Origin: Hypanus sabinus
Lineage: Eukaryota
Assembly: GCF_030144855.1 (NCBI RefSeq)
Contig: NC_082731.1
Span: forward strand, 27,466,001-27,530,000
Direction: 5' to 3'
Length of the DNA: 64,000 nucleotides
Part shown: piece by piece, positions 33,506 through 45,330 of the stretch
Position numbering within the stretch: the stretch's first letter is position 1
Layout of the letters: the number at the start of each line of letters is the position of its first letter
Position numbers and translations under genes: made by a program
Notes under the pieces: generated by a model
Seen by the model: only the letters and a program-made list of their open reading frames with translations
What the model was told of the DNA's origin: nothing
The model's database searches: none

Positions 33506-36500
33506 CATTTAATAAAGAAATCGGTCTGTATGAAGAACATTCAGCTGGATTTTTTTTTAAAGAATAAGATTAATAAAAGCTTCATAAAAAGATTGCGGGA
33601 GTTATCCTGATTTAAAGAACTCTGATAAAACAGAGGATAAATAAGGTGTAAGTAATGTAGTGAAAGCTTTATAAAACTCCTCAGGGAAACCATCTGGTCC
33701 TGGGGTCTTAACAGAATGTAAAACACGTATAGCCTCCGCCACTTCTACATTGGAAATAGGCTGATCTAACTGTATTAGGCTTTCAGCAGATAATGTAGGA
33801 ATGTTGATATTACTGAAAAAAGCATTCATATAGGTATCATCTGAAGAAGAGTCAGAATGATGGAACTTAAGGTAAAAGTCTTTAAATACGTTGTTAATTT
33901 CTGAATGGTCGGATATCTTAGTAATATTATCTTTAAAAATTTCTGAGATTTGACAATTAACTGTAAAAGATTTTAAGCGATTGGCTAATAAACTACCTGT
34001 TCTATCCCTGCGAATGTAAAATTGAGCTTTATCTTTCACCAGCTGTCGTTCAATTGGGTAAGTCAGCAGAAGATTATACTTGGATTGGATTTCAATCCGC
34101 TTATTATATATACTTGGATCTGGAGATAGGGCATACTTTTGATCAAGATCTTTTAATATCGCTGCTAAGTCAGACTTTGTCAGCTTTTTTCTTTATATAG
34201 GTAGAGTAAGAGATAAGTTGTCCATGAATATATGCTTTAAAAGTATCCCAGACAATAGTACCAGCAGTACCCCTTTAAAATTTTCTTTAAAGAAAAAAGT
34301 AATATGATTTTCCAAAAACTTTAGAAAATTTTTATAAGATATCAATGATAAGTTAAAACACCAACTTCTATTTGATACAGAATAAACAGGTAATCTTAAA
34401 GCCAGAAGCACAGGTGCATGATCAGACAAAGCAATCTCCTTATAATCGCAGGATCGTACCAGTGGAAGCAAGTTTCTATCTATAAAAAAGTAGGCAATCC
34501 AAGAGTATGTATGATGAACCTGAGTAAAATATGAATATTCCTTTACTTGGGGGTGCAAAAAATGCCAAATGTCGAGAATACCACATTGAAGTAGAAAAGA
34601 TTTAAAAAGTAGGACTGATTTATTAGTGACAGGGGTTTTACTTGAAGAGCGGTCTAATATAGGGTCAAGCCAAGAATTAAAATCTCCACCCATCACTAAG
34701 GAATACCGATTCAAATCAGGCAGAATCAAGAAAAAACTTTCAAAGAACAAGGAGTCATCTGTATTTGGGGCGTATACATTCGCAAATACCATTAGTTTAT
34801 TCTCAAGACTACCTGAAACAATAACAAAAAGGCCATTTGTATCAGAAATTACATTATGTTGAATAAAAGATACATTCTGATCAAATAGGATAGAGATGCC
34901 TCTCGATCTAGATTGGGAGGGTGAGTGAAACTGTGTACCCTTTCATCCTTTAAAAGACTGTGAAATATCATCTTTATGAATATAGGTTTCTTGAAGAAAA
35001 ATTATACCAGTTTTAAGTTTCCGGATACAAGAGAAAATCTTATTTTGTTTAACAGGGTTATTTAGACCTTTCATGTTAAAACTGAGTATATTAATAAAAG
35101 AATCCATCAAGTATCCTTTAGTAATGTATAAAAGGTAATCACCGATGTGTAGATAGCAAATAAATAAAACAGTAAAAACATCCAATCAGCTTTCTGGAAG
35201 AACCCATTTCCCCCCTCCCTACCCCAAAGAGAGAAATCAGCCAAGGGAGGCTGAAGACTAAATCAAGCGTTCCCAACCCAAAACTCCGGTGGCTCCAGAA
35301 AACATATATGTATAGCTGTACTGAATAAACAATTGTAAATATAGATGTACAAAAACAAAATATCAAAGTAAATAAGTTCGCTATTTATGAAAAAAAAACA
35401 TTGGAAATATAAGTGTTAGTCTCGGTAAAAAGGAAAGACAATAAAATCAAATATTAGCAGAAGCCAATAAGGAAAACAACATATGCTTGCGGGTGCAAAA
35501 AAAAGGAGTAAAGAAACAAATAAAAAAAATAAAAAGTAACATTAGAGAACCCATGTAATGACAGAAAACGGAAAAAGAGAAAATGGATGCGGTCTGCCTG
35601 CATATTTTGCATAGTTTGAAAGATAACAAGGCACCAATTACTTAATCAAAAAAGTGATTAAGGTTTCATAAAGCAAGAAAACTTGTTATCAACAAAGTGC
35701 CAATTACTTGATTGAACACCTGTAATTAAAACATTTAGCATAAAGCAACTCAAAGTTGAATTTAAGCATGGAGACTATGTAAAAATTTCTTAACTTCTTC
35801 AGGCTTTGTAAACCAAGAAACCTTATTATCAGAAGTAGTAACCTTGAGTTTACATGGATCTCTGAGAGAAAGGCGACAGCCAAGCTTAAAAAGATCAGAC
35901 ATGACCTCTTTAAAAGCCTGTCTAGTTCTTAGAACTTCCAGTGGATAATCTTGAACGATCCAAAACAGTTGATCACAAAATTGTAATATACATTTCTTCC
36001 TTGATTCACAAAGGATCTGTTCTTTAATCTGATAGTCATAAAAGCGAATGATAATAGAACAAGGTTTGGCAGAATCCCAATTAGGTGGGGTAACTCGGTG
36101 AGCGCACTCAAATTTTGGTAGTTCCAATAATATATCAGGGAATAAATCTTTCAGCATTTGAGCACAAAAATCCATAGGTTGATTACCCTCCAGATTTTCA
36201 GGAAGCCCAATAATTCTGATATTGTACCTTCAGTTCCTGGTATCCAAATCTGTAAGTTTCTTCAGTAACATGTCGTATTTTTTAAGCTGTTCCTTCGAAA
36301 TTTTCTTGTGACCTTCGATATCCTTCTGCAACACCGGCAGAGATTCTTCCTATAGTCTAATACGAGTTTCATGGTCATTCACAGTCTGCTGTATACTTCC
36401 AAGTTTCTGATTAAGCATTTTCAGTTCAGATTTAACCAGGTTGAAGGAATTCTGTAACGTCAAATTTGGATTCCAAGTCATTCAGTTTATCCAATCTTTC

Positions 36501-36821
36501 GAGTTTCTCTGCCATTTGTTGAATCATTTCAGTCAAAATCTCTAAAGTAGCCTCTCTTTTTTGACAGCTTTCTACTCATGGTGTTCTCACTGAGATAGGT
36601 TTAAACAGCAGAGTAAGCGAATAATTTCGGAGCACGTAGCTACTGCAATCTACTCCATTACAGCCACTGGAAGTTCATGACAACTCCTATTATTTTCTTC
36701 ATGAAAATTAATGTACTTTAACCCTGTGTACCCAAACCTCAATCTTGATATTATCACCTCCTGCCTCTTGCTCTTTCCTGCATTCCTCAACTATCCCATT
36801 TCTTTTGGGATATTATATAGT

Positions 36822-37502
36822 TGTAGTGTTCTCGCACAGGTGTAAAAACTCTGAACTAAACACGCAGTATAAACCATCGTCAATGAGGTGCAATCCCAGT
36901 AAGATTAACCGTTTACTGTTCACTCTTCCACATTAACGTATGGTGAAAACTGATGATAAAACAATACAAAATATATACAGTATTTGTTTCCTTCTTGGCA
37001 TTGCATTTACATCATAAATACTTGTAAAAGTAAAACTACAAACTATATTACATTAAAGTACAACGTACAGTCAGAATCTACCTGCGCCATCGACTGGCTT
37101 TAAATATACTTCAACACAAACTATCTGCAACTCGTTAAATAACAAAGAACATAAACTTTATCAACGGTCATTACTTTTAACAGAATCAGCATTAACATTT
37201 TTACTTCAACATATCGATTATCTTATGAACTTACGGTGTTGCTTCACTGATGTTCCTAGTGCGTAGAAAGAAAACTTTTCTCGCGCTGATCCTGAACACA
37301 CAAACCCCCTCCTTCCCATTTCTCCAAACCGGTATTTTCCCACAACACTCAGCGAAACCGGGTGTGACGTCATCGCATGCCGCAATACATCACAGACAAC
37401 AAATTTACTTTCAACCACCTTAACTTTAACTAAAAAACAATTACAAATGAATTACCAAAGCGAAAATGTAATAAACTAAATGAATGCCTTAAGGGCAACA
37501 CA
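36822..37502 (-). mobile_element. Solo LTR (681 bp, TG...CA) with 5-bp TSD ATAGT
   Basis: Starts tgtagtgttctc and ends gggcaacaca. ATAGT occurs at 36817-36821 and 37503-37507. Confidence 0.7.
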
Positions 37503-38719
37503 ATAGTCTAAATAATGTTTGTATTATCTTACTTACAATGTCTCATTTTACCTCCGAATGTATATCTTTTTGACTCCTGATTGTTGTCCTTCAAACAGAC
37601 AATATTATAAATCTCATCGGTCTTACTTCCTCTGCTCACTGCAAAGCGAATAGTCCAGCTGTCATTTTCCCTGCATACACTGAGAAATCATCATTTATCC
37701 TCACTGCTTTTTCATATTAAAATCAGGCACTACCAATCCTGCCCCTAATCTACTATTGCCATTCTTGAAGCATTTGTTTGCATTTGTAAGCATACATAAT
37801 GCTCATTATTTACATAAGATTCAACTATATCTTGATTTAAAATTACTTCTCTATTTTTCTGTCTCTTTGAATACTTTAAGATCCATCTCTGCTACTTCAC
37901 ACAGTCATGGAGACAGCCCAGGAAAAGACACTGTATCACTCACTGCCTTATTACTAATTTTTGTTTTTTTGGCTTTTCCTTCAATAGCCTATGCAAAAGT
38001 TCTGAATTTCTTTCTTTCCTTTTCCCAGCATGGATCTAAAAGCTATTTACTTGAATGACATTCTCCAGGCCCTTGTAGGTTTACCCAATATGTTAACACA
38101 AGCTGTGTTCTTCTCAGTTCCAGAGGTGTCTCTCCCAACTCCACCTTCATTGGCATCACTGGTGTTGTCCTTATTGCCCCACTGATTAACCTTAATGCTT
38201 GACTTTGAATTATATCCAGTTTATTGAGCACACAGTGTGATGCTGATCCATATACCATACTTCCATTGTCCAGCATTGATCTTATTAATACTATAGCTGT
38301 TGCTTTCAAGGGATTCCTATCAGCTTCCCATTCCTTTCCTGTTGAACACCTCATAACATTTAGCACTTCCTTACTTTTGGTTATTATTTATTTAATATGC
38401 GTTGATCATGTGAGTCTTTTAACAAAGCAAATTCTTAAAAACTTAAAGGTATCCACACTTTCTAATTCCATACCATAAAGTTTTAGTTTCAAGTGTTATT
38501 CTGTACTCTTCCTAGAGAAAAACATTATTTTGGATTTCTCTGCTGAAAATTTGAATTCCCATTTTCATGCCCAATCTTCCACCTTAACTTTTGCTTCTTT
38601 AAGTTTCTGTGTTAGAAATTCCACATTCCTACCCCTTTTACACATAGCTCCATCATCTAGAAATAATGATACTCTGATACTACTCTTTCTATTGGAAAAT
38701 ATATCATTTATCATGATAG

Positions 38720-40440
38720 TAATAATATTCTGTCGTTGGTTTACAAACAGAGGCAGTGTGCAGTGAGACTGCTCTCCACGGTGACACACCAAATCTCCTC
38801 AAGCTCCTAAAGAAATATAGCAGCTGTTGTGCCTTCTCCGAAGCTGCATCAATATGTTGGGTCGTCTGGGTCTTGATAAGGAAAAGGTGGAAGAATATTC
38901 ACGGGTTCCACGTGAATCCAAGGCAGATAAATATCTTTGTGGGCGGATTTGCTGGAGCTGTTCAGAAGGGTTTGAACTAATTTGACAGGGGTTTGGAAAT
39001 GGAGTGATAGGACTGAGCTTCCAGTCGTTGGTTTAACAACAGCAGCAGTGTGTAGTGAGTCTGCTAGCAAGCAGAGGCTGATGATAGGGCAAAATTGCAG
39101 TCAATGGGATGAGTTGAAATGTAAAAGGGGACAAAATCGAAAAGGGTGATGAACCTTCAGGTGATTCCCAAGGATACACATTGTATTGAATGGACAGGGA
39201 GGTAGATAGAGGGCATGGTATAGCTGTGTTGGGAAAAAATTAAATCAAATCATTAGAAAGAAGTGACAAAGTATTGGAAGGTGTAGAATTGTTGTGGCTA
39301 GAGCTAAGAAACAGTAAGGGTAAAGTACTTGATGGGGGTTATATACAGACTTCCAAACAGTAGCAAAGATGTGGTCTACAAATAAAAATGAGAGATAGAA
39401 AATGCATGCCAACAGTGCGGTGTTAAAAGGGTCATCGGGAATTTCAATATGCAGATAGATTGGGCTGGTTTGCACTTGAACTTGAGAGGAGCCAGTATCC
39501 TGGCTGTGAGGTTTACTGATGCTACCTGGGAGAGTTTAAACTAGTTTTGTAGGGGGCTGAGAACCAGAGTCCCAGGTCAGTACGGAGTGGATCTGACCAG
39601 AAGTTAGATGTCAGAGAAGGTATTGAAAGGCCAAATTGAAATGACAGGTAGGATGGGTCGGATAGTTTGAGGTGTGTATATTTTAAAGCTGGGTTTATTA
39701 TGGGTAAGGGTAATGGATCAGTGCATGAAACTACGGTGTTGTGGCCATTACTGAAACTGAGTTGACAGAGCGGCAGGAATGGGTGATTAATATGCTAGGG
39801 TTTTGAAGGTGTAGAAAAGATAGAGGAGTAGGTAAGGGTGGGATAGTTGCACTCTTTATCAGGGACAATATCACAGCTGCACACAGAGGAGACATAATGG
39901 AGGAGTCAGAAACTGAGTCCATTTGGGTGAAACTCAGGAATAGACAGGGTGCAATCCCACTGATGGGATTGTACTACGGACCCCCTGATAGCCACTGGGA
40001 CATTGAGGAGCAGATATGTAATCAGATGAAGGAGAAGTGTAATAATAATAGGGTTGGTGTCATGGGGGATTTCAGCTTCCCTAATATAAACTGGGAGCTT
40101 CTGAGTGTAAGGGGTCAGATGGGTTTGAATCTGTTAAGTAGGTTTCTTTGAATCTGTTAAGTAGGTTTCTTAAATCAATGTGTGACAGTCCAGTGAAAGG
40201 AGGGAACATACTGTACCTGGTGTTGGGGAATGAGCCTGGCCAGGTGACTGACCTTTCAATGGCTGAACAGTTTGGGAATCATGACCATAACTGGTTAACT
40301 ATCAGGATAGATATCGACATGGACAGGTATTTTCCTTGTGGAAAAGATTTAAATTGACACAGGGCAATTTACAAGGGCATTAGACAGGAACAAAGAAGCA
40401 TTAATTGTGAACACCTTTACACTGGCAAGTCCACATCAGA
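38720..40440 (+). mobile_element. Stacked CR1 fragments (ORF1 end, APE region)
   Basis: Repeated ORF1/ORF2 junction pieces, ESIWVKLRN..MGLYYGPPDSH..VMGDFSFPNINW, and LYLVLGNEPGQV. Confidence 0.75.
40125..40170. repeat. Perfect 23-bp tandem duplication
   Basis: ttgaatctgttaagtaggtttct repeated twice (40125-40147 and 40148-40170). Confidence 0.9.
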
Positions 40441-43400
40441 TGTAAGACCATGAGACAGGAGCAGTATTAGGCCATTCAGCCCATCAATGCTGTCTTGCCA
40501 TTCCATCATAACAAACCTCTGACTCCACTCAACCCCATACATCTGCCTTCTTGCTATATTCTTTGGTGCTCTGACCTTTAGGAAACTATTAACTTCCACC
40601 TTAAAAACATCGACGATTTAGCCTCCACTGCAGTTTGTGGCAGAGCATTCCACAGATTCAGCATCCTCAGGCTAAAAAAATCATTCCTTACCTTTGTTCT
40701 AAAAGATTGTCCCTCAATTTTGAGGCTGTGCTCTCTTGTTCCAGATAACCCCACCAGAGGAAACATTAACTCCGCATCCACCCTATCTAGTCTTTTCAAC
40801 GTTCGGTAGGTTTCAATGAGATCCCTCAGCATTCTTCTAAATTCCAGTGAGTGCAGGCCCAAAGCTGCCATATGTATCTCATACATTAACCCCTTCATTC
40901 CTGGACTCATCCTCATGAACCTCCTCTGGACTCTCTCCAATGAAAACACATCCTTTCTGAGATATTGGGCCCAAAACTGATGATAGTACTCCAAGTGCGT
41001 CCTGATTAGTGTCTTATGAATCCTCAGCATTATCTCGCAAACATGAGGAAATCTGCAGATGCTGGAAATTCAAACAACACACACAAAATGCTGGTGGAAC
41101 ACAGCAGGCCAGGCAGCACCTATAAGGAGAAGCACTGTCGACGTTTCCGGCCGAGACCCTTCGTCAGGACTAATTGAAAGGAAAGATAGTCGGAGATTTG
41201 AAAGTCGTGGGGAGAGGGGGAAATGCGAAATGATAGGAGAAGACCAGAGGGGGTGGGATGAAGATAAGAGCTGGAAAGGTGATTGGCAAAAGTAAATACA
41301 GAGCTGGAGAAGGGAAAGAATCATGGGACGGGAGGCCTCGGGATAAAGAAAGGAGGGGAAAGCACCAGAGGGAGATGGAGAACAGGCAAACAACTAAATA
41401 TGTCAGGGACGGGGTAAAAAGGGGAGGAGGGGCATTAACAGAAGTTAGAGAAGTCAAAGTTCATGCCATCAGATTGGAGGCTACCCAGCTGGTATATAAG
41501 GTGTTGTTCCTCCAACCGGAGTTTGGATTCATTTTGACAGTAGTGGAGGCTATGGATAGACATATCAGAACGGGAATGGGACGTGGAATTAAAATGTGTG
41601 GCCGCTGGGTGATCCTGCTTTCTCTGGCGGACCGAGCGTAGGTGTTCAGCGAAAAAGTCTCCCAGTCTGCGTCGGGTCTCGCCAATATATAAAAGGCCAC
41701 ACCGGACACAGTATACCACACCAGCCGACTCACAGGTGAAGTGTCGCCTCACCTGGAAGGACTGTCTGGGGCCCTGAATAGTGGTGAGGGAGGAAGGGAG
41801 GAAGTGTAAGGGCAGGTGTAGCACTTGTTCTGCTTACAAGGTTAAGTGCCAGGATCGGTGGGAAGGGATGGGGGGGAATGAGTGGACAAGGGAGTCGCAT
41901 AGGGAGCGATCCCTGTGGAAAGCAGAAAGAGTGGGGGGAGGGAAAGATGTGCTTGGTAGTGGGATCCCATTGGAGGTGGTGGAAGTTATGGAGAATTATG
42001 CATTGGACCTGAAAGCTGGTGGGGTGGTAGGTGAGGACAAGGGGAACCCTATCCCGAGTGGGGTGGCGGGCAGATGGGGTGAAGGCAGATGTGCGGGAAA
42101 TGGGAGAGATGTGTTTGAGAGCAGAGCTGATGGTGGAAGAATGGAGGCCCCTTTGTTTAAAAAAGGAAGACATCTCCTTCGTCCTGGACTGAAAAGCCTC
42201 ATCCTGAGAGAGGATGTGGCGGAGACGGAGGAATTGTGAGAAGGGGATAGCATTTTTGCAAGAGACAGGGTGGGAAGAGGAATAGTCCAGGTATCTGTGA
42301 TAGTTTGTAGGCTTATAATAGATATCAGTAGATAAGCTGTCACCAGGGATGGAGACAGAAAGATCAAGAAAGGGGAGAGAGGTGTCGGAAATGGACCAGT
42401 TAAATTTGAGGGCAGGGTGAAAGTTGGAGGCAAAGTTAACGAAGTCAATGAGCTCAGCATGTGTGCAGGAGGCAGTGCCAATGCAGTCGTCAATGTAGCG
42501 AAGGAAAACAGCCTTGGTTTGGAGGAAGTAGGAGGAGCCAAAAGAGAAATTATTGAGAGTAAGAACTAATTCCGCTAGACGGAGAGAGTGGTGGTAGATG
42601 GGAATTGGTTAGGTCTGGAATCCAAAAAGAAGCGAAAAGCTTTGAAACTGTCTGGGTGGGGGATGGAGGTATATAGGGACTGGACGTCCATGGTGAAAAT
42701 AAGGCGGTGGGGGGCAGGGAACTTAAAATCATTGAAAAAAATTCAAAGCGTGAGAAGTGTCAAGAACATAGTTGGGAAGGGATTGAACAAGGGGGGGGGA
42801 ATAAGACAGTGTCAAGGTATGCAGAAATGAGTTCGGTGGGGCAGGAGCAAACTGAGACAGTAGGTCTACCTGGACAGGATTTGTGGATCCAGGGTAGGAG
42901 GTAAAAACGGGAAGTGTGGAGTATGGGAACTATCAGGTTGGTGGCAGTGGATGGGAGATCCCCAGAGCTGATAAGGTTGGTGATGGTATTGGAGACAATG
43001 GCCGGGTGCTCCTTAGTGGGGTCATGATCAAGGGGTAAATAAGAGGAGGTATCAGAGAGTTGTCGCTGTGATTCGGCCAGGTGGAGATCGGTACACCAGA
43101 GAACAACAGCTCCCTCCTTATCAGCAGGTTTTATAGTGAGGTTGGGATTGGTGCGGAGGGAGCGGAGAGCAGAGCGTTCGGAAGGAGTTAGGTTGAAATT
43201 GGAACAGGGTGTGGTGAAGTCAAGACAGTTGATGTCCTGTTGGCAATTAGCAATCAAGAGATCTAGAGCAGGCAGTAGACCAGAGCGGGGTGTCCATGAA
43301 GAGGAGAAGGGTTGAAGACGGGAGAAGGGGTCATCGGTGGGGGCAGGAGAGTCCTTGTCAAAGAAGTAAGCTTGGAGATGGAGACGGCGGAAGAAGAGTT

Positions 43401-45330
43401 CAGCGTCATGACGTACGCAGAACTTGCTGAGATGTGGGTGAATGGGGACAAAGCTGAGGCCCTTACTGAGGACAGAGTGCTCTGCCTCAGAGAGTTGAAG
43501 GTCGGAGGGAATGGTAAAGACCCGGCACGGATGAGAGATGGGATCGGAGGGGGGAGGGAGGCTGGTAGTGTCAGCGGAGAGGGAAGGGTTGGGGTGAGAG
43601 GAAGATGGAGCCTCTGAGGGCCCAGGAGCTGACGACGGGATCTGAGGGAGAGGGGATGGCAGAGTGGTGGTGGGGGAAGGGGAGACGGGAGTCACAATTG
43701 ACTCAGCCTGGTGAAGACCCGGCCTGGAGTTCAAGGCTGGAGTCGCACTCGGTGGTTGTGCAATCGCTTTGAAGCTGTCCGTGGTCATTGGAACCCAAGT
43801 TGATGGTGCTGGAGTCCAGGTTTTAAATATGCCCTGGGTTGCTGGGGCAGCTGAGATCGACGGCTGGGGTCAATCCATGGCTGTTGGAACACGCGGTGAT
43901 GGTGCTGGAGTCCGGCTTTTCAGTATGTCCTGGGTTGCTGGGGCAGCTGAGTTCGACAGCCGGGCCCGGGTACACGATACGAAGACCATGCTCTGGGGTC
44001 TGCAGATGGAAGATCTTGCGATCCTTGCAGGACGTGATAAAGTTAAAGAAATGGCAATTGCACTCATGGATCCAACGGAGGATGAAATAACAGACAGGTC
44101 CATTGCAAACAGAGAAAAAGGTGTCCTGGAGACGTGGAAGGGATTGTGATAGGGTCGCCAGGTACCTTCTCATAGCAGAGAGTGTTGCCCTCAGAGCTCA
44201 ATGGGAGAAACATCGGGAGGCACAGTCAATTAAATGCAAATACCTGCGATCCTCAGAAGATCACGGGCCTCCTGTCCCATGATCCTTTCCCTTCAACAGC
44301 TCTGTATCACTTTCGCCAGTCACCTTTCCAGCTCTTAGCTTCATCCCACCCCCTCCAGTCTACTCCTATCATTTCACATTTTCCCCTCCCCCCACTACTT
44401 TCAAATCTCTTAGTATCTTTCCTTTAAGTTTGTCCTGATGAAGGGTCTCAGCTGGAAACATCAACAATGCTTCTCCTTATAAATGTTGCCTGGCCTGCTG
44501 TTCCACCAGCATTTTGTGTGTGTTATCTCAGCATTATCTCCTTACTTTTTTATTCCATTCACCTTGAAATTCTTTCTGGGGGTCTTACACAAGGACTCCT
44601 AAGTCTCTTTGCACCTCTGGTGTTTGAACCTTCTTCCCATTTCGATAATAGTCTGCACTGTTGTTCCTTTTACCAAAATGCATTGTCTCACATTTCCCAA
44701 GATTGTAATTCATCTGCCACTTTTTACCCATTCTTCCAATTTGTCTAAGTCGTACTGCAATTGCATTGCTTCCTCAGCACTACCTACCCCTCCACCTATC
44801 TTAATATCATCCACAAACTTTGCCACAAAGCCATTAACTCCATTATCTGAATCATAACCAAACAATGTGAAAATTAGCAGTCCCAATACTGACCCCTGAG
44901 GAACATCACTAGTCAATGGCAATCAATCAGAGAAGACCCCTTTTATTCCCACTCACTGCCTGCTGCCTGTCAGCCATTCCTCTATCCATGCCAGTATGTT
45001 TCCTCTAACATCATATGATTTTATCTTGGTAAGCAGCCTCAAGTGAGGTACCTTAACAAATGCCTTCTGAAAATCCAAGTAAATGACACCTACTGCCTCT
45101 CCTTTGTCCACCCTGCTTGTTACTTCCTTGAAGAACTCTAATAGATTTGACAGGCAAGATTTCTCATTTTAGAAACTATGTTGACTTTGACTTATGTTAT
45201 CATCTGTCTCCAAATACCCTAAAACTTCATCCTTAATAAGAGACTCTAACACTTTCCCAGCCTCTGAGTTTTGGCTAACTGGCTTATAATTTCCTTTATT
45301 TTGCCTTCCTCTCTTCTTAAAGAGTGGAGG
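40440..45330 (-). mobile_element. CR1 LINE (3' half) split by a Penelope insertion
   Basis: RTHLEYYHQFW..ERVQRRFMRM (40578-41030) is continued at 44527-45330 by TSDVPQGSVLG..AKFVDDIKIG and YKPVSQNSEAGKVLES. Confidence 0.85.
41037..44526 (-). mobile_element. Penelope-like retroelement (RT and GIY-YIG endonuclease) with inverted terminal repeats and 14-bp TSD
   Basis: TSD ctcagcattatctc at 41023-41036 and 44527-44540. GIY-YIG VVYCVRC.LLYIGETRRRL..EH at 41435-41824. N-terminal SVLSKGLSFVP..IKPADKEGAVV at 42760-43788. The termini at about 41050-41350 and 44260-44526 are reverse complements. Confidence 0.9.

Larger units (their letters stand above)
29684..36677 (-). mobile_element. Second full-span L1/Tx1-clade LINE (degenerate), with 17-bp TSD and two internal CR1 insertions
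   Basis: TSD tgacaactcc(c/t)attatt at 29667-29683 and 36678-36694 (1 mismatch). 5' end GAACTTCCAGTGGCTGTAATGG on minus. ORF1 pieces at 35762-36600. ORF2 motifs VYAPN, GGDFN, ALSDHAP, PGPDGF, GSKQGCPHSP, LYADDILL and CNKCKSADASLIHMFWFC. Confidence 0.88.
29480..38720 (-). mobile_element. Nimb/I-clade LINE remnant acting as host for an L1 and a solo LTR
   Basis: LIRSMLDNGSMVYGSAS..LDIIQSQALRLISGAIRTTPV..ELGETPLELRR (38043-38366, minus) and SLFLDDGAMCKRGRN. Host sequence at 29480-29683, 36695-36821 and 37503-38720. Confidence 0.6.

Noticed and set aside
42760-43788. Long Pro/Ser-rich 342-aa ORF as a novel host gene
   Set aside because: It is the N-terminal/RT part of the Penelope element. Overlapping ORFs on the other strand are shadows.
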